Shown here piece after piece: positions 9,942-21,453 of a stretch of 64,000 bases of DNA; position 1 is the stretch's first letter; each line of letters starts with the position of its first letter. The stretch comes from Heteronotia binoei (taxonomy: Eukaryota). A program made the translations under genes and the position numbers. The notes under the pieces were generated by a model. It was not told the origin of the DNA, searched no databases, and worked only from the letters and a program-made list of their open reading frames with translations. The stretch covers positions 18,600,001 to 18,664,000 of the forward strand of contig NC_083237.1 of the NCBI RefSeq assembly GCF_032191835.1, in the 5' to 3' direction.

Positions 9942-11338
9942 AGCTTTAGTTTAGTTTTAGTTTATTTATGATTTATATCCCGCCCTTCCCACCAAGTGAC
10001 TCAGGACAGCTCACAACATAAAATCCAACATAAAAATATTAAATTTAAGCATTTAACACAGTTAAAACATTAAAACATTAGGGATAGCCTAAATCTAGAA
10101 GAGCTACACTTAGTTTCCTGTGCCGGTTAGTTATAAGCCAGCCGGAAGAGGGTTGTCTTACAGGCCCTGTGGAACTGTGCAAGGTCCCGCAGGGCCCTCA
10201 CCTCTTCCGGCAGCTGGTTCCACCAGGAAGGGGCCATAACAGAGAAGGCCCTGTCCCTAGTAGATTTTAGGCGGGCTTCCTTTGGCCCGGGGATAGCGAG
10301 AAGATTTTGGGTTCCCAATCTCAGTACTCTCTGGGGAACATGTGGGGAGAGACGGTCCTTCAGGTAGGCAGGTCCTAGGCCATATAGGACTTTAAAGGTA
10401 ATAACCAGCACCTTGTACCGGACTCGGTATATTATTGGCAGCCAGTGCAGAACCCGGAGCCCCGGGCGAATGTGCTCCCATCTTGGGAGCCCCAATAACA
10501 GCCGGGCCGTGGCATTCTGCACTAGCTGCAACTTCCGAGTTCAGCACAAGGGCAGCCCCATGTAGAGGGCATTGCAGTAGTCCCACCTCGAGGTGACAGT
10601 AGCATGGATCACTGTTGCTAGATCGTCGCGCTCCAGGAAGGGGGCCAGCTGCCTTGCCCGCCTAAGATGAAAAAATGCGGACTTGGCAGTGGCTGCTATT
10701 TGAGCCTCCATCTTTGAGGGCTCCAATAGTACCCCCAGACTTTTGACCCTGTTCGCCACTATCAATGGCGCACCGTCAAAAGCTGGCAGGGGGATATCCT
10801 CCCCCCCGGACCCTGATGACCCAGGCAAAGGACCTCCGTCTTCGCCGGATTTAGCCTCAGCCCGCTCAGTCTGAGCCACTCAGCCACAGCCTGTAACGCC
10901 CGATCTAGATTTTCTGGGGCGCAGACCGGTCGGTCGTCCATAAGCAGATAGAGCTGGGTGTCATCAGCATACTAATGGCAACCCAGCCCATACCTTCGGG
11001 CGATCTGGGCAAGGGGACACATATAGATGTTGAATAACATCGGGGAGAGAATCGCCCTCTGAGGCACTCCGCAATCAAGCGTGCACCTCTGGGATAGCTC
11101 ACCCCCAATCGCGACCCTTTGTCCCCGACCTTCAAGGAAAGAGGAAAGCCATTGTAAGGCCAACCCCTGAATCCCCGCGTCGGCAAGGCGGCAGGTCAGT
11201 AACCGATTGTCGACCGTATCGAACGCAGCCGATAGGTCCAACAACATCAGCACCGCCAAACCGCCCCGATCCAGATGCCTTTAAAGGTCATCTACCAGGG
11301 CAACCAACACCATCTACGTCCCATGGCCCGGGCGAAAG
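9942..11338 (-). mobile_element. L2 LINE, 5'-truncated and frameshifted
   Basis: LLDLSAAFDTVD, GVPQ and LQLVQNATARLLLG spread over three frames, with an (AAACT)n tail. Confidence 0.9.
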
Positions 11339-11814
11339 CTTGGTTCACAAATCCTCATGGTTCTTAGAAAATGGCATTTTGGATGGCAACATTTGTGACA
11401 TCTCTCTTCATAGCCACATAGTTTTAGATACTAGGGATGTGCAGCTGCGGGGGGGGGGGGGATGGTGTTTTTCAGTTCCAGATATCAGGGAATCAAAAAC
11501 AAAATCTGTATTCTGGTTTTCCAGTTTTCAGATACCAGTTTGGAATTCAGATCTGGGTTTTTTCAGGATTTCGATATTATTTGGCTCCATTAATCCCTGT
11601 GATGAATATTGCTGAAGGGGATGTTTTATGACCAAAGAGCACCAAATGTGTAGCAGAGCTGCTAGTGCACATCTTTCAAATAGCCCATGTATTTCAAGTG
11701 TCTTGAATCTCTTGGACCCCTGAAGAAGGTGCTTCCAGCCATCCCTCCACTGCTTGCTGGGAAGGGGTTGGCGTTTGTGCTTTTTCAAAGTGAAAGGATA
11801 GTCAGCAACAGAAG

Positions 11815-12416
11815 AAGGATATTATAGCATTGGAGAAAGTCCAGAAAAGGGCAACTAGAATGATTAAAGGGCTGGAACACTTTCCCTATGAAGAAAGGTT
11901 GAAACACTTGGGACTCTTTAGCTTGGAGAAACGTCGACTGCGGGGTGACATGATAGAGGTTTACAAGATAATGCATGGGATGGAGAAAGTAGAGGAAGAG
12001 GTACTTTTCTCCCTTTCTCACAATACAAGAACTCGTAGGCATTCGATGAAATTGCTGAGCGGACAGGTTAAAACGGATAAAAGGAAGTACTTCTTCACCC
12101 AAAGGGTGATTAACATGTGGAATTCACTGCCACAGGAGGTGGTGGCGGCCACAAGCATGGCCACCTTCAAGAGGGGTTTAGATAAAAATATGGAGCAGAG
12201 GTCCATCAGTNNNNNNNNNNNNNNNNNNNNNNNNNNNNNNNNNNNNNNNNNNNNNNNNNNNNNNNNNNNNNNNNNNNNNNNNNNNNNNNNNNNNNNNNNN
12301 NNNNNNNNNNNNNNNNNNNNNNNNNNNNNNNNNNNNNNNNNNNNNNNNNNNNNNCAGAGTGTTGGACTGGATGGGCCATTGGCCTGATCCAACATGGCTT
12401 CTCTTATGTTCTTAAG
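11815..12416 (+). mobile_element. CR1 LINE 3' fragment spanning an N gap
   Basis: EKVQKRATRMIKGLE...LFSLEKRRLRGDMIEVYKIM, with tail GGCTTCTCTTATGTTCTT. Confidence 0.9.
12211..12354. other. Assembly gap, 144 N
   Basis: Run of N. Confidence 1.
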
Positions 12417-12931
12417 AATAAGTGGCAATCCCTTGCCAAAAGCCTCTCAACATGGACAAAACCAATAGGCCAAAAAAACCAATATAGAACCAGCAGAATC
12501 ATGTAGTCAGCCTGATGCAACCAATGTCAAACTTGAGAAACTAAGTCAAAACCAAGCACAGATGTAGCAAAATGAATGGCAGGACTGCCCACTGAGAACA
12601 ATAGGAGATGCTGCCTGGAATGCCAGTTGGATATAATGAGAGCCAGGAAGAGCAAATGACTTGCCTAAGCTCCACTGAAATGCATTACAGCACACAAAAG
12701 TTGCAGTGACAAGGCAGAATGGGTTTACAGTGAGGGTCTCTGGGCCCAGACTCGCTGCTCTGGGAGTGGGATGACAGCCCCCAATGTGGAATGATGGACC
12801 CTAGAGTAGTATAAGTGCTCTGGGACTGGAATGACAACCCCCAGAATGTGATGAAAATCCCTGGTTCTGGGAGTAACAGAAGTGTTCAGATCCTGGAATG
12901 ACAGCTCTCAGAACATCTCCTGCCTTGAAAG

Positions 12932-13103
12932 CAGGGATGGAATTCTAGCAGGAGCTCCTTTGCATATTAAGCCACACCTCCCTGATGTAGCCAATTCTCC
13001 AAGAGCTTACAAGGCTCTTTTTTTGGAAGCTCTTGGAGGACTGGCTACATCAGGGGTGTGTGGCCTAATATGCATAGGAGCTCCTGCTAGAATTCCACCC
13101 CTG
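12932..13103. mobile_element. Palindromic hAT MITE (TTTGCATATTAGGCCACAC family)
   Basis: TIR CAGGGATGGAATTCTAGCAGG / CCTGCTAGAATTCCACCCCTG with perfect 8-bp TSD CTTGAAAG. Confidence 0.9.
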
Positions 13104-13492
13104 CTTGAAAGTTGGCTATTATTTGATGGCATTCTCCACCACCAATTTTGAATATTAAGACCATTGTTCATTGTGTATGTGTGCATGTTTGTGACAGGGT
13201 TTCCTGAAGAATAAGTGACTGTTCACCCACCACCTGAGTACTCACCTCTCCCTTAAACTAAAAGTTCAAAGTTCTGTTCCAATTCCAATTCTCTACATCT
13301 AGTCCCACCTCCAAAACTCATGACAATCTCTCGGTAAACATAGCAGGAGACATAGATTCCAGCTTCTTTTCATGAGGAGCTACGTGTCACGATTTTTTAT
13401 CATTGTTTTTGAGCCACCGGTTACAGTTCTGCAGGGCCTGCTAAATGGAGCTGTTTCACCAGACCTTTGCTTGAGGTGGTGGATGTCACCAC

Positions 13493-13687
13493 CAGTGTTC
13501 CCTCTAAGCTGAGTTTACGTGAGCTAGCTCACAGATTTTTAGCCTCCAGTTCACAGATTTTTGTCTTAGCTCAGGAAGCATGATCCTAGAGCACAATAAT
13601 TTATGCAGCAGCTCAGAAACTTTAATGTCAGTAGCTCACAAAGTAGAATTTTTGCTCACAAGACTCTGCAGCTTAGAGGGAACATTG
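13493..13687. mobile_element. hAT MITE (CAGTGTTCCCTCTAAG family)
   Basis: TIRs plus 8-bp TSD GTCACCAC/GTCACCAT. Confidence 0.9.
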
Positions 13688-14423
13688 GTCACCATCTCCA
13701 TCTCCCCTAGCCATAGTAGGCCTACAGATTCTTACTATTCCTGCTAACATCTAACAGAAGGTATATGGGACTACTCTGGAACAATGCATGTTTTTTGCTG
13801 CCATCTTTTTTTAAAATTTGCTTTCTTCTACTGGTTTCTAATTACATGCTTATGGTGGTTTTTTTCAAATGTTTTGAGCCACCCTGAACCTACCATGGGA
13901 TAGTGCAGGACATAAGTGCAATAAATAAAATAAATATAAATAAATACAACACAACATCTGGTGCACCACCTTTCAGCCATGTCTGTAAGTAAATCACTTG
14001 ACTTCTGCTGTCTTTTAAGAAGGATTTGGTACTCTCCTGAACTGTTAGGGGTCCACATCATGGCTAGAATTCATCCAGCCTCCCATCCAGATACACACAT
14101 TGGATCCTAAATCATGTTCTTTTTGTGAGATGGGACCTAGCACCATCCTAGAGATTAGGGCAACTGGGCCCCATGGGAGAAAATGTTGGTGTCCAGTGGT
14201 TGAAACCTAGTCCACATTTCATCTTGACATACCAGCTTTCTGTATGTGGGGACAGTCTTTTGTATGGACCTTGTGTATAGATCCAGATGTTTCTCCCAAA
14301 GGAACATCATGAAGGTGTTCCTTTGGGGAAAACATCTGCAGGATAGATTGTTCACAGGGTTTTTAAAAGTGGAATCCTGTTGTTCTGCATATCAGTGCCT
14401 AATCCCAAAATAAAGACAAATGA

Positions 14424-14645
14424 ACATATATGAAAATATTAAGCTGCCTTCTACTGAATCAGACCCTCGGTTCATCAAAGTCAATATTGTCTACTCAGAC
14501 TCGCAGTGGCTCTCCAAGGTCTCCACAGCTGAGGTTTTGCATGCCTACTTGCCTGGACCCTTTTTTGTTTGGGATTCCAGGGACTGAACCTGGGACCTTC
14601 TGCTTACCAAGCAGATGCTCTACCACTGAGCCACCGTCCCTCCCC
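14424..14645 (-). mobile_element. tRNA-derived SINE (Squam2-like)
   Basis: Minus strand GGGAGGGACGGTGGCTCAGTGGTAGAGCATCTGC...GGTTCAGTCC head and AAGCAGCTT-type tail. Confidence 0.75.
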
Positions 14646-15649
14646 TTATGTCTGTTTACATAAATAAAGGTTTAAAAGTACATCTTTCACCATGGCAGAG
14701 GAAGGCAACCTGTTTCTAAAGTGATGACGCATACAGACACTGTTCTTGAGGGATACAATCTCAAGGGCCATCAAAGATTTATCAGAAGCTTTCTAACTTC
14801 AGTGCTCACTCATGACCCACTTGTTCTGCACAGAAAGCCTTTCACACAGATCACCACGGATGGCCTCAGGAAGCTGCAATAGATGGAGAGGCCCTTTCAA
14901 ACTATTGAGGTACAGTAATGGGAACAATTACAATAGCAATGGAGATATGGGAACCTGAAGGGGTGGATTAGGCTTCTTATTAGAAATTACAAGGATGTTT
15001 AATAAAATGAGGACCAGAAAGAGGAATTCTTGCTGCCATGACTGTGGAAATCATTATTTTTCGATTGTTAGCTGCATCGATAATTTTTACTAAATTGTTG
15101 TCAAAGTGCTTTTCTTTAGTGAGACCCTAAAAATTCCAGATTTGTCCAAAGACATCTTGCCCAAAAGCAATCGTGGTGTCACATAATTATTACTACTGGG
15201 AAACTGAGTCTTTCTTCAAAATGTATGGAGACCCCTGCCATCCCCGAATCTTTTATCAGAATGTTGGAGAGCTCTTTCTCAGCCTCCCTGGGTTTCATAA
15301 GAGAAAATCCAGACCCTTTCCTTTCAAAACACTTCCTGATCATTCACAAGATTAGGAAAATTAAAGAAATCAACATGATGCATATACTATATATGAATGT
15401 TATTTTTAAAAAAATAATGAACAGCTTCTAGTAGATCTTGAGATTCTTTTCTATGAGTTTGGTAGAACAAATATTCTGCCCAATGTAGGAATCACAGTTA
15501 CTGTTCCAGATACTGGGTATTACTCCTTCTTGCATAAATAGACCTGTCATAAATGTTATGAAGAGCTCATCTTTTTCATTTAAACACAATGTGTATCAAA
15601 TTGTTTATTTATTTGTACCTAAATTCCAATTCAGGTATTTTGGACAATA

Positions 15650-15788
15650 NNNNNNNNNNNNNNNNNNNNNNNNNNNNNNNNNNNNNNNNNNNNNNNNNNN
15701 NNNNNNNNNNNNNNNNNNNNNNNNNNNNNNNNNNNNNNNNNNNNNNNNNNNNNNNNNNNNNNNNNNNNNNNNNNNNNNNNNNNNNNNN
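15650..15788. other. Assembly gap, 139 N
   Basis: Run of N. Confidence 1.
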
Positions 15789-15984
15789 AAACTATTATAT
15801 TTTCCCTGCAATAACAGTTTAAGAGCATCCCAAACTATGTGTTGGCATCCTTAATTCAAATTAAAATATTTTTCCATTTATACCCTTAGTTGTTCTACCC
15901 CCAGATCTCACAAGAGTAACTAGCATTGGCTAAGAAACCTAGAATTGTATTTCAAATGTATACCATTTATTACTTTCCCCTTTC

Positions 15985-16170
15985 TGCCGTGGCTCAGTAG
16001 TAGAGCATCTGCTTGGTGTGCAGAAGGTTCCAGGTTCAATCCCCAGCATCTCCAGCTAAGAGAACCAGGTAGAAAGTAACATGAAAGACCTGTCTGAGAT
16101 CCTGGAGAGCTGCTGGCAGTCTGAGTAAACAACACTGACTTTGATGGACCGGTATAAGGCAGCTTCATGT
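15985..16170 (+). mobile_element. tRNA-derived SINE (Squam2-like)
   Basis: TGGCTCAGTAGTAGAGCATCTGC...GGTTCAATCCC head and GTATAAGGCAGCTTCATG tail. Confidence 0.75.
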
Positions 16171-16694
16171 AAGCTATAGTACCATATTCTCAACACAGTT
16201 GAATCTCATGTCCATTTGAAGCTATCACACTAACATATCATCAAACTACCACCTCTCTGAAATCCCCTCACCTACTCTTTCCTCTTCATCAATATCAGAT
16301 AGCTGTCATGTTGCACTCTCACGGAAACATGTTTGCCTGTGGTGGGCCTAGCCAAATCCAGGCTTTCTGGGTTCATCTTTAATAGAAGAACGCCTTGGAT
16401 TCCTCCCCACCCATGAAATTAGCCTGTGAAGTGTGTGGAATCTATAGATGTACTGTATCTCCTTTCGATACATATTGCTAATGTGATGGTTTTCTTTGCA
16501 TGTAATTATGTTATTGCTATTAAGAAGACTGCAGGTTTATACCCTGCCCTTCTCTCTGAGTCCATCAATCGATGCTACATTTGCCAGGGGCCAGTGGGAT
16601 TTAAGTGCAGTTTTCCATTGCACCGGATGACCGTGTTTCACTGCAACAGTTTCCATATTCCCATCCTAAAGAAATGGTGTTTGTTTGTAGCAAA

Positions 16695-16874
16695 ATCCCA
16701 GCAGGAGCTCATTTGCATATTAGACCACACCCCCTGACATCACCATTGTTTCGCACAGGGCTTTTTTTTTTTTGTAGGAAAAAGCTCTGCAGGGATTCGT
16801 TTGCATATTAGGCCACACTTCTCTATGCCAAGCCAGCCAGAACTGCATTCCTGCTCAAAAAAAAAAAGCCCTGA
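16695..16874. mobile_element. hAT MITE related to the TTTGCATATTAGGCC family
   Basis: Two TTTGCATATTAG arms and terminus AAAAAAAGCCCTG; related copy at 25179-25403. Confidence 0.6.
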
Positions 16875-16890
16875 CCCTCACTCTTTAATG

Positions 16891-17072
16891 ACCTTGGGTC
16901 AGCCATAGCTCTCGTAGGAGTTGTCCCTGAAAGGGCAGCTGCTGGAAGAGCTCTCTCAGCCCCATCCACCTCACAGAGTGTCTGTTGTGGGGGAGGAAGA
17001 TATGGGAGATTGTAAGCCGCTCTGACACTCTGATTCAGAGAGAAGGGCGGGGTATAAATCTGCAGTCTTCTT
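16891..17072 (+). mobile_element. Squam3-like SINE, 5'-truncated
   Basis: Body and CTT tail present; head absent. Confidence 0.8.
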
Positions 17073-17223
17073 AATATTACATTAGATGGTTCCGGTGAAC
17101 CAAGTATCAGCTGCAGTTTGAACGCGAGAGTCATATACAGGTTTTCATAGGAAAGAGACGCATTGCTCTATTTTCTCCCACGTCGTGATACATAAACTTA
17201 GCTGTGTGTCCTGGAGAGCCCAG

Positions 17224-17419
17224 ACTAGCCCAGTCTCATCAGATCTCAGAATCTAAGCAGGGCCAGCTCTAGTCAATGCTTGGATGGGAGACCACCAAGG
17301 AATACCAGCATCGTAATACGGAGGCAGGCAATAGAAAGACACTTCTGAATGTCTCTTGCCACGAAAACCCAACGGGGTCACCATAAATCGGCTGTGACCT
17401 CATGACACTTTTCACCACC
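17224..17419 (+). mobile_element. 5S rRNA-derived SINE (5S-Sauria-like)
   Basis: Head aligns to 5S rRNA (GATCTCAGAATCTAAGCAGGG...TTGGATGGGAGACCACCAAGGAATACC); tail GGGGTCACCATAAATCGG is Sauria/BovB-like. Confidence 0.75.
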
Positions 17420-17754
17420 GTGATAGCCCTTGGCCTCGTTTTCTTTTTTTTCTATTGGGTAACTCCTTTACCCAATCCATTGCACTCAGATATCAAGTTG
17501 CATTAAACCAGCCAGCTATGTACATATCAAAGTGCCTTCATATTGCAAGGGACTCACGGCTACCTCAGTAGGGCAACTGAGAAGTGTTTGCCACTGCCTT
17601 CCTCTGCAGAGTCTTTCATGGTGATCTCCGATCTAAGTACCAGCCTTGCCTAGCTGTACCATGTCACCTTGAATCCCTTAAACCAGCCAGATACAGCATG
17701 ATGAATACAACACAGTTATTTTCTTCTGATTGCTTTCTACTGAATATCGCTACA

Positions 17755-18015
17755 TTCGGTGTAGTGGTTAAATGTGCAGACTCTTATCTGGAAGAACTGG
17801 GTTTGATTCCCAACTCCTCCACTTGCAGCTGATGGAATGGCCTTGGGTCAGCCATAGCTCTTCCAGAGTTGTCCTTGAAAGGGCATCTTCTGGGAGAGCT
17901 CTCTCAGCCCCACCCACCTCACAGGGTGTTGTGGGGGAGGGAGATAAAGAAGATTGTGAGCCACTCTGAGATTCAGAGTGAAGGGTGGTATTTAAATCCA
18001 ATATCTTCTTTTTCT
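17755..18015 (+). mobile_element. Squam3-like SINE
   Basis: A and B boxes, core and CTT tail. Confidence 0.85.
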
Positions 18016-18195
18016 ACCAGCATATTCAAACCTTAACCCTACAGAACTTGGGTAGTACATGGCTTGGGGCAGGTGACGTACCCTCTTTCTCTAACTAAAT
18101 AGCACATCACTTGAGCGTTCATCTTTCTATGGAGACAGATAGCCAGATGACAACAGCATATTGAATGGAAAGATAATTCTGTTCTCTAATTCCAG

Positions 18196-19143
18196 ATGGA
18201 GTTCACCAACAGGACTGCAGTTCAGGAATTCATTTTGGTGGGCTTTGAAACTGGGCGGCTGCAACGACTCCTGCTCCTCAGCTTTTTCACTCTCCTTTAC
18301 CTGCTCGCCATGGCTGAGAACATCACCATCATCACGTTGGTGCATCTTGACACCCACTTGTCCCGGTTTCCCATGTACATCCTGCTGAGCAACTTCTCCT
18401 GGCTGGAGATCTGCTATGTGAGCACCACTGTGCCCCGCATGCTCTTCGACCTGGCATCATCCCACAAGATCATCTCCTTCAGTTCCTGCTTCGTCCAGTT
18501 CTACGTCTTCTTCTCTCTCGGCAGCACTGAATGTTTCTTTCTGTCAGCCATGGCCTTAGATCGGTACTTGGCTATCTGCCATCCACTGCGCTATCCACAA
18601 ATCATGTCCCCAAATTTTTGCTATGCCCTGATAACTGTTTGTTGGGTCCTTGGCTTCGTGACGTACATTGTCCCAGTGACACTGATCTCCAAGATGTCCT
18701 TCTGTGGTCCTAACCTCATTGACCATTTTGTGTGTGATCCTGGGCCCATTCTGGCTTTGGCTTGCCCTCCTCTAGCAACTGCTCCTCTCATTAGTCAGAT
18801 TTTCATGGATGTTTTGGTGATCCTGGGTAATATTGTGTTTGTTGTGCTGTCCTATGGCTCTGTGATTGTCACCTTGATGAAAAACTCTAGCAAAGGTAAT
18901 CGGTTAAAATCCTTCTCCACCATATCCTTTCACTTAACGGTGGTGACTCTTTTCTATGGCCCAGTGGCTGGGTTATATGTCATGCCAAGTGGAGAAATTG
19001 ATTCAAATGTCATTAAGATAGTGACAGTATTCTATACTGCCATAACACCCGTCCTTAACCCCATGATTTACTGCCTGAGGAATGATCAGGTAAAGGAAGC
19101 ACTATGCAGGCTGTGGAGAAGAAAGATCGTATTTTTGCATTAA
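18196..19143 (+). CDS. Olfactory receptor, class II, OR11-family-like (315 aa)
   Basis: N-glyc NRT, PMYILLSNFS, MALDRYLAICHPLRY, CDPGPILALAC, NPMIYCLRN; intact single-exon ORF. Confidence 0.95.
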   Translation: MEFTNRTAVQEFILVGFETGRLQRLLLLSFFTLLYLLAMAENITIITLVHLDTHLSRFPMYILLSNFSWLEICYVSTTVPRMLFDLASSHKIISFSSCFVQFYVFFSLGSTECFFLSAMALDRYLAICHPLRYPQIMSPNFCYALITVCWVLGFVTYIVPVTLISKMSFCGPNLIDHFVCDPGPILALACPPLATAPLISQIFMDVLVILGNIVFVVLSYGSVIVTLMKNSSKGNRLKSFSTISFHLTVVTLFYGPVAGLYVMPSGEIDSNVIKIVTVFYTAITPVLNPMIYCLRNDQVKEALCRLWRRKIVFLH

Positions 19144-19169
19144 AAAGTGACAGTGTAAAAACAGTGGTT

Positions 19170-19495
19170 TTAGGTAGGTGGCCATATTTGTCTGCAATAG
19201 AAGACAAAAAATTGAGTCCAGTAGCACCTTAAGGACCAACAAGATTTCTAGAGTACTTTCCAGCAGGGTTTTTTTTTTGTAGCAAGAACTCCTTTGCATA
19301 TTAGGCCACACACCCCTGATGTAGCCAATCCTCCAAGAGCGTACAGGGCTCTTAGTACAGGGCCTACTGTAAGCTCTAGGAGGATTGGCTACATCGGGGT
19401 GTGTGGCCTAATATGCAAAGGAGTTCCTGCTACAAAAAAAGGCCTGCTTTCCAACTCATAGCTTGGACACCTTTTTGGTCTTTAAAGTGCTACTA
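19170..19495. mobile_element. Old Penelope-like end relic, interrupted by a MITE
   Basis: GAGTCCAGTAGCACCTTAAGGACCAACAAG...TTGGTCTTTAAAGTGCTACT; paralogous relic at about 61985-62110 lacks the MITE. Confidence 0.6.
19264..19446. mobile_element. Palindromic hAT MITE
   Basis: Near-perfect inverted arms, with TSD CTTTCCAG/CTTTCCAA. Confidence 0.9.
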
Positions 19496-20104
19496 AAGTG
19501 TAAAAAAGAAGAAAGCTAGAAGAAATATAAAACAAAACACCTGACATTTCCATCAAAGGTATGTCTACTGTATTAACCCATACAAGAAGAGAACCTTTCC
19601 CTGTTCAGTGTTTCTTGGATTGCTCAGGTAAGCAACCCCCAAATAAGCTTTGTCATTTCCCTGGTAGAGGCTGCATCAAAGATGTTCTCTTTGTGCAACA
19701 GAACCCAAGGCCACAACATTTCAAATGCAATGTTATGTAGATCCCCTTGTAGGACACATTATGTAATACACAAAGTGAAATGAATAATCTGTTCCTTCTT
19801 ATGACAGTCACAATTGGATGGTTTTCATGTGCTCCATGAAGTGCAGTCAAGATAATGCCACGTGATTGCCAGGTGTGATTTGGAAATTAAAATTAATTAA
19901 ACAAAACCTGAGCTCCTAGATACTGACACTGACTATAAAATGAATTAAGACAGGGGAGTCAATTTTAGCAAAAAGATAACAAGGGTAGAGGATTCTAAAC
20001 TAGAAGGTTTTTGCTAGGTGTACATTTGGTCCAACCTACCAAGACTCTTCTAATGTACTTATGAACGAAAAGAGGCCATTGAGCCTGTTGTTGTTGCTGT
20101 TGTT

Positions 20105-20470
20105 GTTGAATTGCCTTATACTGGCCAAAGCCGGGCTCTAGGCAATGTACAATAGTAAAATACAAGTAATCATCAATAAAATCAGTTAACTTAAAAACAA
20201 ATTTCAACCCAATGACATATGTTATAACTTGCTACCAATCTTTCTAGATTCTGTATCAGGGCTGGGGACCCCCCTGGGGGGGGAGGAAGGGGGGGACACA
20301 ACCGTTGCTGTCCTCAAGCAAAAGCCTGGTGGAACAACTCTGCTTTATATGCCCTGTGCAACTGTAAAAGATCCTGCAGGGCCCTGGTGTCTTCCAAGAG
20401 AGCGTTCCGCCAGGTTGACAGCAGGACTGTAAAAGTCCTGACCTCTTTAGGCCCAGGGATCACCCTGTAA
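20105..20470 (-). mobile_element. L2 3' fragments
   Basis: PGPKEVR...WRNALLEDTRALQDLLQLHRAYKAELFHQAF matches the L2 ORF2 end of the other copies. Confidence 0.65.
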
Positions 20471-20779
20471 TTATTTCTATTCCAATAGAATAAACATTTT
20501 CTACAATGCTCTACAAATGAAGTCATTGTTTCTCTTTGACATGTGCCAGTCTTAATTATAGCCGTTAATGTAGTCATAGGGTGGGGGTCTGAAAGTTCTG
20601 TTCCACTATCAGCAGACCCTTTGTCCAATGTAAGGAGGACCCTCCCACTGCAGATTGATTTTCCCACCGCAGGATGATTTTCCCACCGCAGGATGATTTT
20701 CTTCCACTCAAGCCATGTTCCTTGCTCCACAGAGTCCATCATAAGCAGAGCAGAACCTTTTGATTCCATCCATAATAGA

Positions 20780-20865
20780 TGTCTCTAAGGATGCTACAAA
20801 CTTGGAGTCCAGTAAGACCAACAAAGTTTAATTCTGGATATAAGCTTTTGTGTGCATGCACACTG
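20780..20865 (-). mobile_element. Penelope-like end relic
   Basis: Minus strand GTGTGCATGCACACAAAAGCTTATATCCAGAATAAAACTTTGTTGGTC retains the palindromic hammerhead stem II. Confidence 0.65.
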
Positions 20866-20932
20866 TGCATGTGGTGACCTCTCAGCTGCCAAAATTGAAA
20901 AAACCCAAATCCTTTGACCTTTTTTTCTCATG

Positions 20933-21219
20933 GGTCGTTTTCGCACTCACCTCCAGCCGACGCGACCCCCCTCTTCACCGCGCAGGATCTGCGCGGATTT
21001 CGCACTAAATGCCGCGGAGCAGCCTTTTGCGCCGGAAACTCCCGTCGCAAAACCCGCGCAAACACCAAACTGCTTTTTGGCGATTTACGTTTGAGCGGCT
21101 TTTGCGCCGGGAGTTTCCGGCGCAAAAGGCTGCTCCGCGGCATTTAGTGCGAAATCCGCGCAGATCCTGCGCGGTGAAGAGGGGGGTCGCGTCGGCTGGA
21201 GGTGAGTGCGAAAACGACC
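20933..21219. mobile_element. Young PIF/Harbinger-like MITE
   Basis: About 105-bp perfect TIRs starting GGTCGTTTTCGCACTCACC, a 3-bp TSD ATG, and CpGs retained. Confidence 0.85.
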
Positions 21220-21453
21220 ATGGACAATCTCCTACCTCCCACTCATGTGACTGGATATTGTTGCTTGTGATATTTTACATTATATCTTAGCGGTTGTGCT
21301 TGGTTACTTAAAAATATATATATATTAAAGTGTTTTAAAAGATTAGTACCAGGCTACCCCCACCTTTACAGCAACTGCCTTCCCTCCACTCTATTTTTAA
21401 TTTTTTAATTTGATTTTCTTCCTTCAAGAGTAAAATGTGTGCTTCCTCTATTT

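Noticed and set aside
17224-17310. 5S rRNA gene
   Set aside because: 5'-incomplete, diverged and fused to a retroposon tail.
20650-20702. 19-bp tandem repeat GATTTTCCCACCGCAGGAT
   Set aside because: Simple local slippage duplication with no further structure.
20914-21290. Near-identical ORFs on both strands
   Set aside because: They are a by-product of the palindromic MITE.
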